From Candidatus Neptunichlamydia sp. (lineage in GTDB: Bacteria; Chlamydiota; Chlamydiia; Chlamydiales; Simkaniaceae), in the NCBI GenBank assembly GCA_965233865.1, contig OZ247587.1, positions 128,001-192,000 on the forward strand: DNA of 64,000 nt. Reading direction: 5' to 3'. Positions 1-10,757 of the stretch are shown here, piece after piece. The notes below the pieces were generated by a model. That model was not told where the DNA came from and did no database searches. It was given only the letters and a program-made list of their open reading frames with translations. The number at the start of each line of letters is the position of its first letter. Position 1 is the stretch's first letter. The translations under genes and the position numbers were made by a program.

Positions 1-1
1 T

Positions 2-274
2 CAAGCAGCTAAGGAAGTTTCTGATCAGATTAAAATTTTAAGAGCAGCAAATCAAGAGAGCGATTTGCAAGGGCAAATGTTTGAAAAAACCATGCACATC
101 TCGCAGCTGACAAATCAGAGATATGATAATGGGCTTGATGACTACTTAACGGTTATAGATAAACAAGTTGCAGTGATAAACCAGGGGATAAAAGATGTGG
201 AAAAAGAAAATGAGCGCTACTTAGCAGTGCTTCAATTGATTAAGGCATTAGGTGGTGGGTACCATGACAGATAA
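2..274 (+). CDS. Outer-membrane efflux protein (TolC/NodT family), C-terminal part, truncated by window edge
   Basis: C-terminus RYDNGLDDYLTVID...VLQLIKALGGGY is typical of NodT/OprM proteins; overlaps the start of the EmrA-like gene. Confidence 0.8.
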   Translation, partial: QAAKEVSDQIKILRAANQESDLQGQMFEKTMHISQLTNQRYDNGLDDYLTVIDKQVAVINQGIKDVEKENERYLAVLQLIKALGGGYHDR

Positions 275-1421
275 AGTTGCATCAAACAAGAAGAGAAACA
301 TGATCTTACTTTGGGTTTTTGCGGGTTTTATCCTGATTGGAATAGCAATCTTTCTGTATTGGTTTAGTATTCTCCGTTTTGAGAAGTTTACAAATGATGC
401 GTATGTCCATGGAAACATTATTGAACTGACACCTCAGGTTCCTGGAATTGTTACGTCTATTAACGTTGACAATACTGATCTTGTGGAAGAGGGGCAGGTT
501 CTAATCGAACTGGATAAAACTGATTATCAGATCGCTTATGAAATAAGAAAGAGTGAGCTTGGGGACTCAGTACGCTCAGTTGTGCAGGTGTTTCTTAGAG
601 TTGAAGAGTTAGAAGCCGAGCTTGAGCAGAAAGATGCTGAGTTATTTAAAGCAGAAAAGGACTATAAAAATCGGGTTAATCTTGTGGGAGTTGGAGGGGT
701 TTCTCGAGAAGAATTTGAACATGTCGAGGCAAGTTTTTTAGGAGCTCAAGCTGCTCGCAGAGCCACATATTCACTTCTTCAGTCAGCCTACGCAGAAGTG
801 CAGAACACAACCGTAAGAACACATCCCCTCGTAAAAAAATCGGCAGATGGCGTTAAAGATGCTTATGTTAATCTTCAACGGTGTTCAATTTTAGCGCCAA
901 GCAGCGGATATGTTGCGATGCGCTCAGCGCAGCTTGGAGAATATGTTGGACTATCCGAGCCCTTGATGGCAATCATTCCTCTAAATAAGCTTTGGGTAGA
1001 TGCTAACTATAAAGAAGTTCAGCTTTCAAAGGTAAGAATTGGACAAAGTGTTCACCTTATCTCAGATATTTATGGGAGCGGCGTGATATTCCATGGGAAA
1101 ATTGTAGGAATCAATCCTGGGACGGGGAACGTCTTTTCTGCCCTTCCTCCTCAAAATGCAACAGGAAATTGGATCAAGATTGTTCAACGAGTTCCTGTTC
1201 GTGTGAGCCTAGATCCGAATCAGTTAAACACACACCCCCTTTGGTTGGGCCTTTCAATGAATGTGACCGTTGATATTCATGATACTTCAGGACCAATGCT
1301 TGCCGAGGCCACGCGCATGAATCCCATCTATCAGACAAAAGTTTACAGCCAGCAAGAAGAGGGATCGATGAAAATCATTGATCAAATCATTGCCGAAAAC
1401 GCTGGCAGCTATGAAAGGTAA
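264..1421 (+). CDS. emrA: EmrA/EmrK-family membrane fusion protein
   Basis: N-terminal TM helix, TNDAYV, and the FSALPPQNATGNWIKIVQRVPVR signature. Confidence 0.9.
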   Translation: MTDKVASNKKRNMILLWVFAGFILIGIAIFLYWFSILRFEKFTNDAYVHGNIIELTPQVPGIVTSINVDNTDLVEEGQVLIELDKTDYQIAYEIRKSELGDSVRSVVQVFLRVEELEAELEQKDAELFKAEKDYKNRVNLVGVGGVSREEFEHVEASFLGAQAARRATYSLLQSAYAEVQNTTVRTHPLVKKSADGVKDAYVNLQRCSILAPSSGYVAMRSAQLGEYVGLSEPLMAIIPLNKLWVDANYKEVQLSKVRIGQSVHLISDIYGSGVIFHGKIVGINPGTGNVFSALPPQNATGNWIKIVQRVPVRVSLDPNQLNTHPLWLGLSMNVTVDIHDTSGPMLAEATRMNPIYQTKVYSQQEEGSMKIIDQIIAENAGSYER

Positions 1422-2943
1422 TCCTTTAACGGGAACCACTCTTTTTCTGGGGGCAATTGCGCTTTCTTTTTGCACCTTTATGCAAGTTCTTGATTATTCG
1501 ATCGCAAATGTTTCCATTCCTTATATTGCAGGGGACTTAGCAACCAGTGTCAATAATGGAACCTGGGTAATTACCATGTTTGCTGTCGGAAATGCCATAG
1601 CTCTTCCTTTGACAGGACTTTTGACACGTCGCTTGGGGTTGATCCGCGTCATGGTGCTTTCTGTTTCTTTTTTTACCTTATTTTCATGGCTTTGCGGCAT
1701 GTCAATTAATATGAATATGCTCATTATTATGCGCTTTATTCAGGGGGTTGTGGCAGGTCCTATGATTCCTCTTTCTCAAAGCTTAATGATTATGACTTTT
1801 CCAAAAAAAAAGAGAAATCTAGCCCTCGCACTATGGAACATGGTCGCTGTTGTTGGGCCTATTGCCGGGCCTATTCTTGGTGGCTGGATTACGTTTAACT
1901 ACTCGTGGCCCTGGATCTTTTTTATTAATATCCCCGTGGGGATTTTTTGTGTCTTGGTTATCCGCTCTTTATATAAGAAAAGAGAAACGAAGATTGAAAA
2001 AGTTCGTATTGATGGTTTGGGGATTCTTCTTTTGGCTTTTGCTGTCTCTGGACTTCAAATCATTATGGATCAGGGACAAGAACTTGACTGGTGGCGTTCT
2101 AATATTATCATTGCTCTTGCTGCTGTTTCGGTTATCGCCTTTGTTTTTCTCTTTATTTGGGAACTTACACATGACGCACCGATTATGGATCTTCGGATGT
2201 TTAAAAACCGGAATTTTTTCATTGGTACAGTTATTACAGCATTGTCCTATATGGTTCTCTTTGGGGTGATTGTCATTACCCCCCTTTGGCTTCAAGAGAT
2301 GATGGGGTATACAGCACAAGTTGCTGGACTTGCGGTTTCTACAATGGGAATCCTCCCATTTTTCACAGTGATACTTGTGGCAAAACTTATGGACAGGGTT
2401 CGGCTAAAATATTTGATTGCGCTCTCTTTCTTCAATTATGGAGTTGTCCTTTTCTATTATAGCACCTTTACAACAGCTGTTTCCTTTGAGGTCATTGCGC
2501 TGTCAAGATTACTTCTTGGAATTGGAATCTGTACATGGCTTGCTCCAATTACTGCGATTACTTTCGCTCGTGTTCCCGCGGAAAAACTTGCAATGGGGCA
2601 GGGAATGTTTCATTTTCTCAGAATATTAATGGGAGGGGTGGGGACCTCTATGTTTGTTACGGTGTGGGAGAGGAGAGGAGCACATCATCATAGCAACATT
2701 GTCGATAGTATTAATCAGTACAACCCTATTAGTAAAAAGCTGTTTGCTGATTTAAAACAGTATGGAATTATAGGAAAAAAGGCGCTAACCGTCGTTGATA
2801 CTATGGCATGGAATCAAGCGATGATACTTTCTTTAAATGATATCTTTTGGCTGGGAGGATGGGTTTTTATGGTACTTGTTATTCTTTCCTTTTTCTTTAA
2901 GAAACGGGAACACTCTTCTGCTGATCAGCTCTCGCATAAATAA
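1411..2943 (+). CDS. emrB: EmrB/QacA DHA2 MFS efflux transporter
   Basis: TFMQVLDYSIANVSIPYIAGDL, GPILGGWIT and WPWIFFINIPVG motifs; many TM segments. Confidence 0.9.
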   Translation: MKGNPLTGTTLFLGAIALSFCTFMQVLDYSIANVSIPYIAGDLATSVNNGTWVITMFAVGNAIALPLTGLLTRRLGLIRVMVLSVSFFTLFSWLCGMSINMNMLIIMRFIQGVVAGPMIPLSQSLMIMTFPKKKRNLALALWNMVAVVGPIAGPILGGWITFNYSWPWIFFINIPVGIFCVLVIRSLYKKRETKIEKVRIDGLGILLLAFAVSGLQIIMDQGQELDWWRSNIIIALAAVSVIAFVFLFIWELTHDAPIMDLRMFKNRNFFIGTVITALSYMVLFGVIVITPLWLQEMMGYTAQVAGLAVSTMGILPFFTVILVAKLMDRVRLKYLIALSFFNYGVVLFYYSTFTTAVSFEVIALSRLLLGIGICTWLAPITAITFARVPAEKLAMGQGMFHFLRILMGGVGTSMFVTVWERRGAHHHSNIVDSINQYNPISKKLFADLKQYGIIGKKALTVVDTMAWNQAMILSLNDIFWLGGWVFMVLVILSFFFKKREHSSADQLSHK

Positions 2944-3086
2944 GGAAGCTATTGGCCTTTGAAAAAAAAGCACCTTTCTGCCACTGGGATGCTGAAAAAG
3001 GTACGCGCAGTTTTTAAGAAAGTGCCAGTGCTGACAAGAGGTTTAAAAGGTATGAAGACGCGGATTTCTTTGCCAGATTGTCTATA

Positions 3087-3927
3087 TAGTGTAGACACAA
3101 GTTTAAATTTGCGATAAGCTGGTTTCTTAAACTTTCAAGGAGAGGTTTAGAGATGATCGTACCAGCGCACAGACGTCACGATATTTCAGATCGAATTTGG
3201 AAAAAACTTGAGCCTTATCTTCCAGGAAGAAGAGGGGTGTGGGGAGGGGTAGCACAGGATAATCGGCGATTTATCAACGCGGTTTTTTGGATTATTAGTA
3301 CCAGAGCTCCATGGCGTGACTTACCTTCAGACTATGGGAACTGGGGAAATGTGCATCGTCGTTTTATCCGTTGGAGGAATAAAGGTGTCTGGGAACTTCT
3401 TCTGGAAAAAGTGGTGGACGATCCTGATTACGAGTGGTTAATGATCGATGCAACCCATATCAAAGTTCACCCTCACGCAGCAGGTGCACAAGGTGGCAAT
3501 CAAGATATGGCTCGGACAAAAGGGGGCTCAACACGAAATTACGTTTGGCCGTGAATTCGCATGGTATGCCGATCAAAGCGATTATTACGTCAGGTACTCA
3601 ATCAGACTACTTTCAGGCCAAACACCTAATAGAGGGAATTAACGCCGATTACCTACTAGCAGATCGGGGTTATGACAGCGATGCAATCGTAACTCAAGCG
3701 ATCTCTCAAGGAATGAAGGCGGTTATCCCTCCCAGAAAAAATAGGAAAAGCAAGAGAGCTTATGATAAGCATCTCTATAAATTGAGACATCTTGTAGAAA
3801 ATGCTTTTTTATATTTGAAGCGATGGAGAGGAATTGCTACACGCTATGCTAAGCACACATCCTCTTTCTTGGCTGCGGTTCAGATCAGATGTTTGGCTTT
3901 ATGGGTAGAAATCTCGTGACTACACTA
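3087..3927 (+). mobile_element. IS5-family element (IS427-like group), two-ORF transposase with -1 frameshift
   Basis: Terminal IRs TAGTGTAGACACAAG / CTCGTGACTACACTA flanked by TA; ORFs 3153-3554 and 3434-3919 overlap at AAAAGGGGG (3518-3526); WRDLP, IDAT, ADRGYD and RHLVEN motifs. Confidence 0.92.
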
Positions 3928-4032
3928 TATAATCTCAGGGCTCGCTGTTTTTTGGTTAATATTTCCCGGGAGTTGCTGGAAATACACTGCTTTGCTTGCT
4001 GGAGAATAGAGATTCAGGTAAAATCATTTTAA

Positions 4033-4923
4033 ATGAAATATGTGAAAATTGACCCTTTTGAAAAACATTTAGAAGAAGCCCTTCCGGATCACCCTTCGCA
4101 GCTCTACTTTATTTTGATGGAAGATCCATTTGAGCGGCGGTACTTGGCGGAGCAGATTGCGGTGTACCTTGGGATTCCATTGACCTGCTGCGAGAGTGAT
4201 GAGCTATTACTGCAGCTTGAATCTCCTTCAATGTTTGCTGAGAAAGGGGTGATCGTTTGTGATGAAATCTCAGCTAAGGAAATTCCTCTTGGAGAGGAAT
4301 GGGTATTAATTGTGACTGGGGCAAAAGCCCCTCCTTTTTTCAAGAAGTTTGAGAAGAAAGCGGTAACCCTCGATCTAACGGGAGAAAAACCATGGGATCG
4401 AAAGAGTCGATTGCAACGTTGGCTCCTTGAGCATGCACGAGAAAAACGTAAGATATTGACTCTTGATGCGGCAGCTTATTTGGTAGAATTTTCCCATACC
4501 GATTTTGCGCTTCTTTTTCAGGAGTTGGAGAAGGCTTTGGTGTATGCCGGTGAAGAAAAAGCAGTGACCCTTGAAATGATCAAAACGATTTGCAGTTTAG
4601 ATCCAAAGCAAAGCGGGTGGCAACTTTCTGAAGCCGTTGTTTGGGGTGGTCCGGTCCACTTAGGGAACACCGATTTGTACGGGCTAGTGGGACAATTGCG
4701 CTATCAGCTGCAGCTAGGATTGCAGGTTGCAAGCGGGAAAGAGCTCCCTCGCGCCTCTCCAAAAAAACTCGAAAAAATTCGGAGAACGGGGCTTGAAGCT
4801 TCGTATTATTTAGAAGGGCTAAAAGAGCTCTTCAATTTAGAACTAAAAATGCGCTCGAATGTGTCAAATCAAGGACTTTTACTTGATCACTTCCGGGCCA
4901 AATTAACAGCGAGACGTAAATAG
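4033..4923 (+). CDS. holA: DNA polymerase III delta subunit (divergent)
   Basis: LFQELEKALVY...VTLEMIKTI pattern and EKPWDR segment as in chlamydial HolA. Confidence 0.7.
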   Translation: MKYVKIDPFEKHLEEALPDHPSQLYFILMEDPFERRYLAEQIAVYLGIPLTCCESDELLLQLESPSMFAEKGVIVCDEISAKEIPLGEEWVLIVTGAKAPPFFKKFEKKAVTLDLTGEKPWDRKSRLQRWLLEHAREKRKILTLDAAAYLVEFSHTDFALLFQELEKALVYAGEEKAVTLEMIKTICSLDPKQSGWQLSEAVVWGGPVHLGNTDLYGLVGQLRYQLQLGLQVASGKELPRASPKKLEKIRRTGLEASYYLEGLKELFNLELKMRSNVSNQGLLLDHFRAKLTARRK

Positions 4924-5612
4924 TGCTTTACCTACTACCAAATTTACTTGGAGAAGACCTCTCCCATAATCCATTTTTGCCACCAAGTATTAATGAAGTG
5001 ATTCAAAACCTAGATGGTATTATCGCTGAAAGTGAGAAAGGAGCGCGTCGTTACCTCAAACGTTTCACAGAAAATTTTCGGGATATCCCTATTCATCTCT
5101 TAAATGAACATACAAAAGAGATCGAAGAGATCGATGCTCTTTTGGCGCCTTTGCAAAAAGGAGAAACCTGGGGCTTGATTTCTGATGCGGGCCTTCCTGT
5201 CATTGCAGATCCAGGAGCCGTGATTGTGAGACGCCTTCACAGTTTGAAAATTCCTGTGGAGACATTTCCTGGACCGTCCTCTATCATTTATGCACTCCAG
5301 CTATCAGGTCTCTCAGCTCAAAAATTCACCTTTCATGGTTATGTTCCCCGCAAAGAGGAAGACTTAAAGGAAAAGCTCCGTACCCTCCCTAAGGGACATA
5401 CCCACATCTTTATCGATGCCCCTTACCGCTCAGACAAGCTTCTCAAAAACTTAGTTAAAGGTCTCCAGGACGAAACAGATCTTTCTGTGTCATTGAATTT
5501 AACACTTCCTAATCAGGAAGTTAGAACCGATAAAATCCTCAAGTGGAAACAAGACCTTCCCACCCTTGGCAAAGTTCCAGCTGTTTTTGTCATCCATGGG
5601 AAAAAAAACTAA
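4923..5612 (+). CDS. Tetrapyrrole-methylase family SAM methyltransferase (RsmI-like)
   Basis: GLISDAGLPVIADPG, PGPSS, FTFHGY and FIDAPYR motifs. Confidence 0.85.
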   Translation: MLYLLPNLLGEDLSHNPFLPPSINEVIQNLDGIIAESEKGARRYLKRFTENFRDIPIHLLNEHTKEIEEIDALLAPLQKGETWGLISDAGLPVIADPGAVIVRRLHSLKIPVETFPGPSSIIYALQLSGLSAQKFTFHGYVPRKEEDLKEKLRTLPKGHTHIFIDAPYRSDKLLKNLVKGLQDETDLSVSLNLTLPNQEVRTDKILKWKQDLPTLGKVPAVFVIHGKKN

Positions 5613-5821
5613 AATTGTGTATGACTCCTCTCAAATTTAGAGGGGAGTGCGGCGAGGAAACAACTGCTGAGCAGTCCAATCAGCTCACGAGAAGTGATTC
5701 ATATAGTGGTTTAAATTTGAGAGTGCTCACTTATTTAATCCGTTGCGCCATTCGACCTAAATGATGGCGTGTATTGCTATTATCCTGTTCGAGAGGATAA
5801 GGTTGGAGGAATCTGCTTAAA

Positions 5822-6715
5822 ATGAAAAAAATTATATTTGCTGTTGTTTTAACAAGCTTAGTTTATGGAAAACATTCGGTTTCTATTTTATCTACATTTA
5901 GAAATGAATCTCGGTTTCTGAAGGAGTGGATCGAGTATCATAGATTAATTGGTGTCGAACACTTTTATCTTTACAATCACCTGAGTACTGATAATTATGA
6001 AGAGGTTCTTCAAAAATATGTAGGTATGGGAATTGTGACCTTAGAGAAGCATATTAATCAGGATAAACCGCATATAGAAAGAATGCCTAATGGATTTATT
6101 TTAGATGTAGTGCAGCATGCTAATGCAAACCATTTTATGTCAGTGTATGCAGAAAACTCTGAATGGGTAGCGCATATTGATATTGATGAATTTATTGTTA
6201 TCCCAGAAGCCTTTGACTCTCTTCCTGTTTTTTTAAACACTTTGCCTAAAAAGAAAGATGGTCTCGAGATTGCTGCTTTTTGGGTTTATTGGAAATTATT
6301 TGGAACATCAAACATTTATGAAATTCCAACAGACGAATATATTATCAATCATCTTACTTGGAGAGCAAAAATTCAAGACCCAAGTAAGACTGATTTTAAA
6401 ACCATATTTAAACCTGAGTTTTCACTTAATATCCATGCACACAACCCTTGGTCTTATGCTCGGGGGTATACTTATCTTCCACTTCCTTATGAAACGATGA
6501 ATATTAACCATTACACCGTGAGAGACGAGATTTTTTTTTTCCAATCCAAGCTTCCATTTATGAAAAAAAATAGTGAAATTGGTGAAAAATGTAGAACTGA
6601 GGCTGTAGAAAATCCCTGGGAATATTTAAATTATTTGAATGCAGAGCAGGACTTTACTATTCAGAACTGGCTGCGCAAACATGGAGATGAATGGTATTTA
6701 AACTCTTCTTTTTAA
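5822..6715 (+). CDS. Glycosyltransferase (GT92/DUF23-like, GT-A fold) with signal peptide
   Basis: FRNESRFLKEWIEYHRLIGVEHFYLYN, WVAHIDIDEF (DxD) and INHY motifs. Confidence 0.8.
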   Translation: MKKIIFAVVLTSLVYGKHSVSILSTFRNESRFLKEWIEYHRLIGVEHFYLYNHLSTDNYEEVLQKYVGMGIVTLEKHINQDKPHIERMPNGFILDVVQHANANHFMSVYAENSEWVAHIDIDEFIVIPEAFDSLPVFLNTLPKKKDGLEIAAFWVYWKLFGTSNIYEIPTDEYIINHLTWRAKIQDPSKTDFKTIFKPEFSLNIHAHNPWSYARGYTYLPLPYETMNINHYTVRDEIFFFQSKLPFMKKNSEIGEKCRTEAVENPWEYLNYLNAEQDFTIQNWLRKHGDEWYLNSSF

Positions 6716-6733
6716 GAGGCATGCAACACCATT

Positions 6734-7792
6734 TTATGTGGATTTTTGCAGCAATTTTCCTTTTTCGATATAGAGTGTGCCGTTTTTATCTTCTTCGGGA
6801 GAGGTAAGAAGAACTTGTCCAAAAGAGGAGAGTTGTTCGCGGAGGGTTTTTGTTCGAGTGGGATCAAGGTGGATCCCAAAGTCATCGATTGCAAAAAGAG
6901 GCGTGATTTCGGTTTGCATTTTGAGCTCATCCCACTCTGCCATTTTAAGAGCTGCAATGCAGGTGCGTTTCTGTCCTTCACTTGCGAAGGATTTTGCCTC
7001 ATGCTTATTGTAGATGATATGAAAGTCATCGCGGTGGGGACCGATCAAGGTGCTTCCAATGATGAGCTCTTTAGACCTCTGCTTCTGGTAAAGAGATTCA
7101 ATTTGATCTTGCTTCTTTAAGGAAATTGAAGGCTCATAATGGAGATCGAAAGTATCTTGATCTCCAGAAAGAAAGCGAGCATAGGTTTCTACTTTAGGTC
7201 GAAGGGCCTCAATCAGTTGTTTGCGCCTATAAATGAGGTATCGGGCCGAATCGGACATCATCTGTTCCCAGCTCTCAATGGCTTGTTCCGATTTGATTTT
7301 TAGAAGAGCATTTCTATGTTTCATCGCTTTGTGGTACCTCATTAAATGGTGAACATAGAGGGGATCTGTCTGAGCAAGCTGAATGTTGAGAAAGCGCCGC
7401 CTTTCTTGAGGGGAACCTGATATTAGAGCACTATCTTTAGGCGAGTAGAGAACAGAAGGAAGGATTCCTAGGATGTGAGAAAAGCTTTGATATTGTGTTG
7501 CGTTGTAATGAACTCTGCGATTTTTTCCATCGAAACCTATTCCTAGGCTTTGCTCAACATTGTCGCGGATAAAGTGAGCTTCAATAAAAAAATGGTTTGC
7601 CCCACTTCGAATAAGATCATTGAGATGCGTTGTTAAAAATGAACGACCAGTACTAAGAAGATACAGGGCTTCCAATAGACTTGTTTTTCCTGATCCATTC
7701 TTTCCACAAATAAGATTTAACCCTTCAGAGAAGGGCAACTCAGCCTTTTCGTAATTTCGAAAATTGCGTAAGATGAGCCCTGTTACATTCAT
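6734..7792 (-). CDS. recF: DNA replication/repair protein RecF
   Basis: NFRNY, Walker A GKNGSGKT, GSPQERRRF, GPHRDD and SEGQKR motifs. Confidence 0.96.
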   Translation of the reverse strand: MNVTGLILRNFRNYEKAELPFSEGLNLICGKNGSGKTSLLEALYLLSTGRSFLTTHLNDLIRSGANHFFIEAHFIRDNVEQSLGIGFDGKNRRVHYNATQYQSFSHILGILPSVLYSPKDSALISGSPQERRRFLNIQLAQTDPLYVHHLMRYHKAMKHRNALLKIKSEQAIESWEQMMSDSARYLIYRRKQLIEALRPKVETYARFLSGDQDTFDLHYEPSISLKKQDQIESLYQKQRSKELIIGSTLIGPHRDDFHIIYNKHEAKSFASEGQKRTCIAALKMAEWDELKMQTEITPLFAIDDFGIHLDPTRTKTLREQLSSFGQVLLTSPEEDKNGTLYIEKGKLLQKST

Positions 7793-8892
7793 TAGGCAGG
7801 TGCAAGACGCATCGGCATAATCACAAAGTTTGCAGTCGTCGAATCTGTAATCAGCCCAGGGTTGTGGGGGTTAGTGATCGCAAAATTTACTGTTTCATCC
7901 TTGCAGTGGCGTAGGATGTCATGAAAGAAAAAAGGGTTGAAAGCGATATCAAAGGCCTCTTCTGAATAATCAACAGGCATTGAAACCTTTCCATCACCGA
8001 TTTCGCTAGAAGTTGCAGTCAGAGTGAGTTCACCAGGAGAAAGGGAAAATTGGACAGAGTGGCTTTTGTCTGTTGTAAAAAGAGCGACTTGTTTGAGAAG
8101 AGTCATGAGCTCTTCGCGGTGGAGCGTTAGTTTGTGAGTGCTTTCTTTTGGGATAACCCTTTCAATATTAGGGTAGTCTCCAGAAAGAAGTTTTGTAATC
8201 ATCACGGTAGGGCCCGATTCGATCCCAATTTTATCGTTCATAAGGCTTACTTTAACGGCTTCATCCCCATCAATTGATTTCACAATTTCTTCAACAGCTT
8301 TCAAGGGGATTAGATAGCTATTTTTATGTTCTGGATTGACATCAACAAAGGTATTGACTCTTGCGAGCCGTTTTCCATCGGTTCCTATAAAAGTGGCATT
8401 GCTGTTTTCTATCACCATCAAGACTCCATTGAGCACATGACGGCTGTCTTCACGAGCCGCGGCAAAGACTGACTTCGATAGCATCTCTTTAAACGCATCA
8501 GGGGCCATCTCAAAATGATCACCTTGATTTAAGTCAGGAAAAGAGGGGAATTCACTGCTGTTGATTCCATTAAGGCGGAATTGTGACGTGCCTGCTTGCA
8601 CATAAGCAATCTCGTCTGCGTTAGCTGAAATCTCAATTTCAGGAGCTGTAAGCTCTCGAATGAGTTGGAAAAATCGACGAGCAGGAAGGGTGATTGTCCC
8701 CTCTTCAAAAATGCTAGCTTCTATTTGAGCTCTCATGCTTACGGTTAAGTCGGTGGCGCTAATTGTTAGGATTCCATTTTTTGCTTCAATTAAAACATTT
8801 GCAAGGATTGGTATCGCCGGCTTGCTAGAAACAACGCTTTGAATTTTTCCAATGAGATTAGCCAGTTCAGGCCGAGAGATAGTGACTTTCAT
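7792..8892 (-). CDS. dnaN: DNA polymerase III beta sliding clamp
   Basis: IPILANVL, ATDL, GTDGKRLA, GDYPN and VIMPMRL motifs; directly upstream of recF. Confidence 0.97.
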   Translation of the reverse strand: MKVTISRPELANLIGKIQSVVSSKPAIPILANVLIEAKNGILTISATDLTVSMRAQIEASIFEEGTITLPARRFFQLIRELTAPEIEISANADEIAYVQAGTSQFRLNGINSSEFPSFPDLNQGDHFEMAPDAFKEMLSKSVFAAAREDSRHVLNGVLMVIENSNATFIGTDGKRLARVNTFVDVNPEHKNSYLIPLKAVEEIVKSIDGDEAVKVSLMNDKIGIESGPTVMITKLLSGDYPNIERVIPKESTHKLTLHREELMTLLKQVALFTTDKSHSVQFSLSPGELTLTATSSEIGDGKVSMPVDYSEEAFDIAFNPFFFHDILRHCKDETVNFAITNPHNPGLITDSTTANFVIMPMRLAPA

Positions 8893-8941
8893 AGGTCCTC
8901 TAGATTAATTTCCCCTAGAGTAAGAAATAGGGGATGGGTTG

Positions 8942-9397
8942 TCAACTTTTTAACGCCCGTTCCATCGATCTTTTGTGTTCTCGCTCTTTAATTGAGGAGC
9001 GTTTATCGTGCTGCTTCTTGCCGCGGGCAATGGCAATTTTCACCTTAGCTCTACCCCGTTTAAGATAGATGGCAAGGGGAATAATCGTGAGTCCTTTCTC
9101 TTGAATCGAGCGTTTTAGCTTTTCGATTTCCTTTTTGTGAAGGAGGAGTTTTCGATCCCGCTTCTCTTCATGGTTGTGAATATTACCGAAGGAATAAGGA
9201 GCAATGCTGCAGCCCTTAAGCCATGCCTCCATCTTATCAATGATCACATAAGCTTCTTGGAGAGATCCTCCATGATCTCTCAGAGATTTGATTTCAGTCC
9301 CCTGAAGAGACATTCCGGCCTCAAAGGTTTCTAAAATCTCATAATCGTAACGAGCTCGCCGATTCGAAACTAATTCAGATTCACTCTTCTTGTTCAT
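8942..9397 (-). CDS. smpB: SsrA-binding protein
   Basis: [31 protein letters not shown] and GKKQHDKR motifs. Confidence 0.97.
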   Translation of the reverse strand: MNKKSESELVSNRRARYDYEILETFEAGMSLQGTEIKSLRDHGGSLQEAYVIIDKMEAWLKGCSIAPYSFGNIHNHEEKRDRKLLLHKKEIEKLKRSIQEKGLTIIPLAIYLKRGRAKVKIAIARGKKQHDKRSSIKEREHKRSMERALKS

Positions 9398-9501
9398 CCC
9401 TCACATTCTCCCAAGAAAACCCATTGCCATCAAGGAAAATCTTCTTCTTGTGATTTTGAAGAAACCCTTGTATTATGCTTCACCTAAACTAAGAGTATGG
9501 A

Positions 9502-9966
9502 ATGAAGAATTTATGGATTGTAGGGCTTGCTCTACTGATGGTTGGTTGTTCAACTGCTACAACCTATCACCTAAAAGATTTTCATGGAGAAGGATACGGG
9601 GATTACCGCCTTTCAGCAGACAGGTTTACCGTCATTTTTCGAGCCAATAAGCACACAGAACCCGAAGATGTTCGAAGATTTGCTCTAAGACGTGCATCGG
9701 AAGTCGCAACCAATTATGGATACAGGTATTTTATCGTTGAGCAGGAAAGAGATTTAACACGCACAAGCACTTTTAAGCCTAAAGAAAAGTGGGTTAGCTC
9801 TTTTGTAGATTTGCTAGAAGGAACAGAAAATCCGCAAAAAAAGATTATCGAGAGAGAAAGAGAGGTTCCAAGTCCCGCAATGGAATTTATGATTCGCTGC
9901 TATAATGAGAAGCCAAAGCAAGAGGTTATTGATGCGTATCAGTTCCTTGCTTACCAGGCTTCTTAA
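9502..9966 (+). CDS. Lipoprotein (CC0125/CC1285-like)
   Basis: Lipobox LMVGC; GYGDYRL...FALRRASEVA...GYRYF pattern. Confidence 0.65.
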   Translation: MKNLWIVGLALLMVGCSTATTYHLKDFHGEGYGDYRLSADRFTVIFRANKHTEPEDVRRFALRRASEVATNYGYRYFIVEQERDLTRTSTFKPKEKWVSSFVDLLEGTENPQKKIIEREREVPSPAMEFMIRCYNEKPKQEVIDAYQFLAYQAS

Positions 9967-10630
9967 GAAAACCGTAAACAAAAAATAGAATAATTCCGCA
10001 CCAGAAAATAGGCTCTGTCCATATAGGCAGCCCCTTGACAAGGACGTCTAAAAGAAGCTTTAAGCCAATCCATCCCACAATGAGATGAGCTCCTATTTCT
10101 AGACGGGGATACTTGTCGATGAAATCGGTGAAGATACGCGCAGCAAAGCGCATTAAAATCAGTCCTGATATCCCCCCAACATATACGATCCAGATCTTTG
10201 GTGGAAATTCGTGGTGTTGGGAGGATATTCCGATCAAGGCAAGCCCCGCCAATATAGAGTCGACTGCAAAGATAAAATCAGTAAATTCAACCATGACAAC
10301 AGTGCCCCAAAAGCTTCTCTGCTTGGGAGCTCGCATTCCAGTACGGTGTCTTGAGAGAATGTGCGATAATGCTAAATAGATCAAATAGGCACCCCCAACA
10401 AGCTGCACCCAATATAGCTGAATGAGATAGGCCGCACTCAAGACACTAATAGCCCTTAGAACAACCGCTGAAACTAGGCCGATAAACAGTGCTTTTTGGC
10501 GAAGCTGGTGAGGAAGCCCTCTGACAATAATAGCAATGGCTAGGGCATTATCAAGAGAGAGAATCCCTTCTAAGAAAATCAAGGTAATGAGGCGAGGAAT
10601 ATCAACGAGTGAAAAGGTTTGATCTAACAT
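9926..10630 (-). CDS. TerC-family membrane protein
   Basis: LEGILSLDNAL and EFTDFIFAVDSILA motifs. Confidence 0.9.
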   Translation of the reverse strand: MLDQTFSLVDIPRLITLIFLEGILSLDNALAIAIIVRGLPHQLRQKALFIGLVSAVVLRAISVLSAAYLIQLYWVQLVGGAYLIYLALSHILSRHRTGMRAPKQRSFWGTVVMVEFTDFIFAVDSILAGLALIGISSQHHEFPPKIWIVYVGGISGLILMRFAARIFTDFIDKYPRLEIGAHLIVGWIGLKLLLDVLVKGLPIWTEPIFWCGIILFFVYGFLKKPGKQGTDTHQ

Positions 10631-10757
10631 ATTTTTTATTTAACACATTTAGTGTTTAGTTTCTAATACAGGGCAAAAAATTTATGGAAAAGTATGATAA
10701 ATTACCATGATTTCAGCTCAAAAATTAGGATTATCAACTTTTTAGGTAAACACTCTC

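Noticed and set aside
6734..9397. Replication origin near dnaN-recF
   Set aside because: No dnaA and no DnaA-box cluster seen; smpB-dnaN-recF without dnaA is the usual chlamydial arrangement
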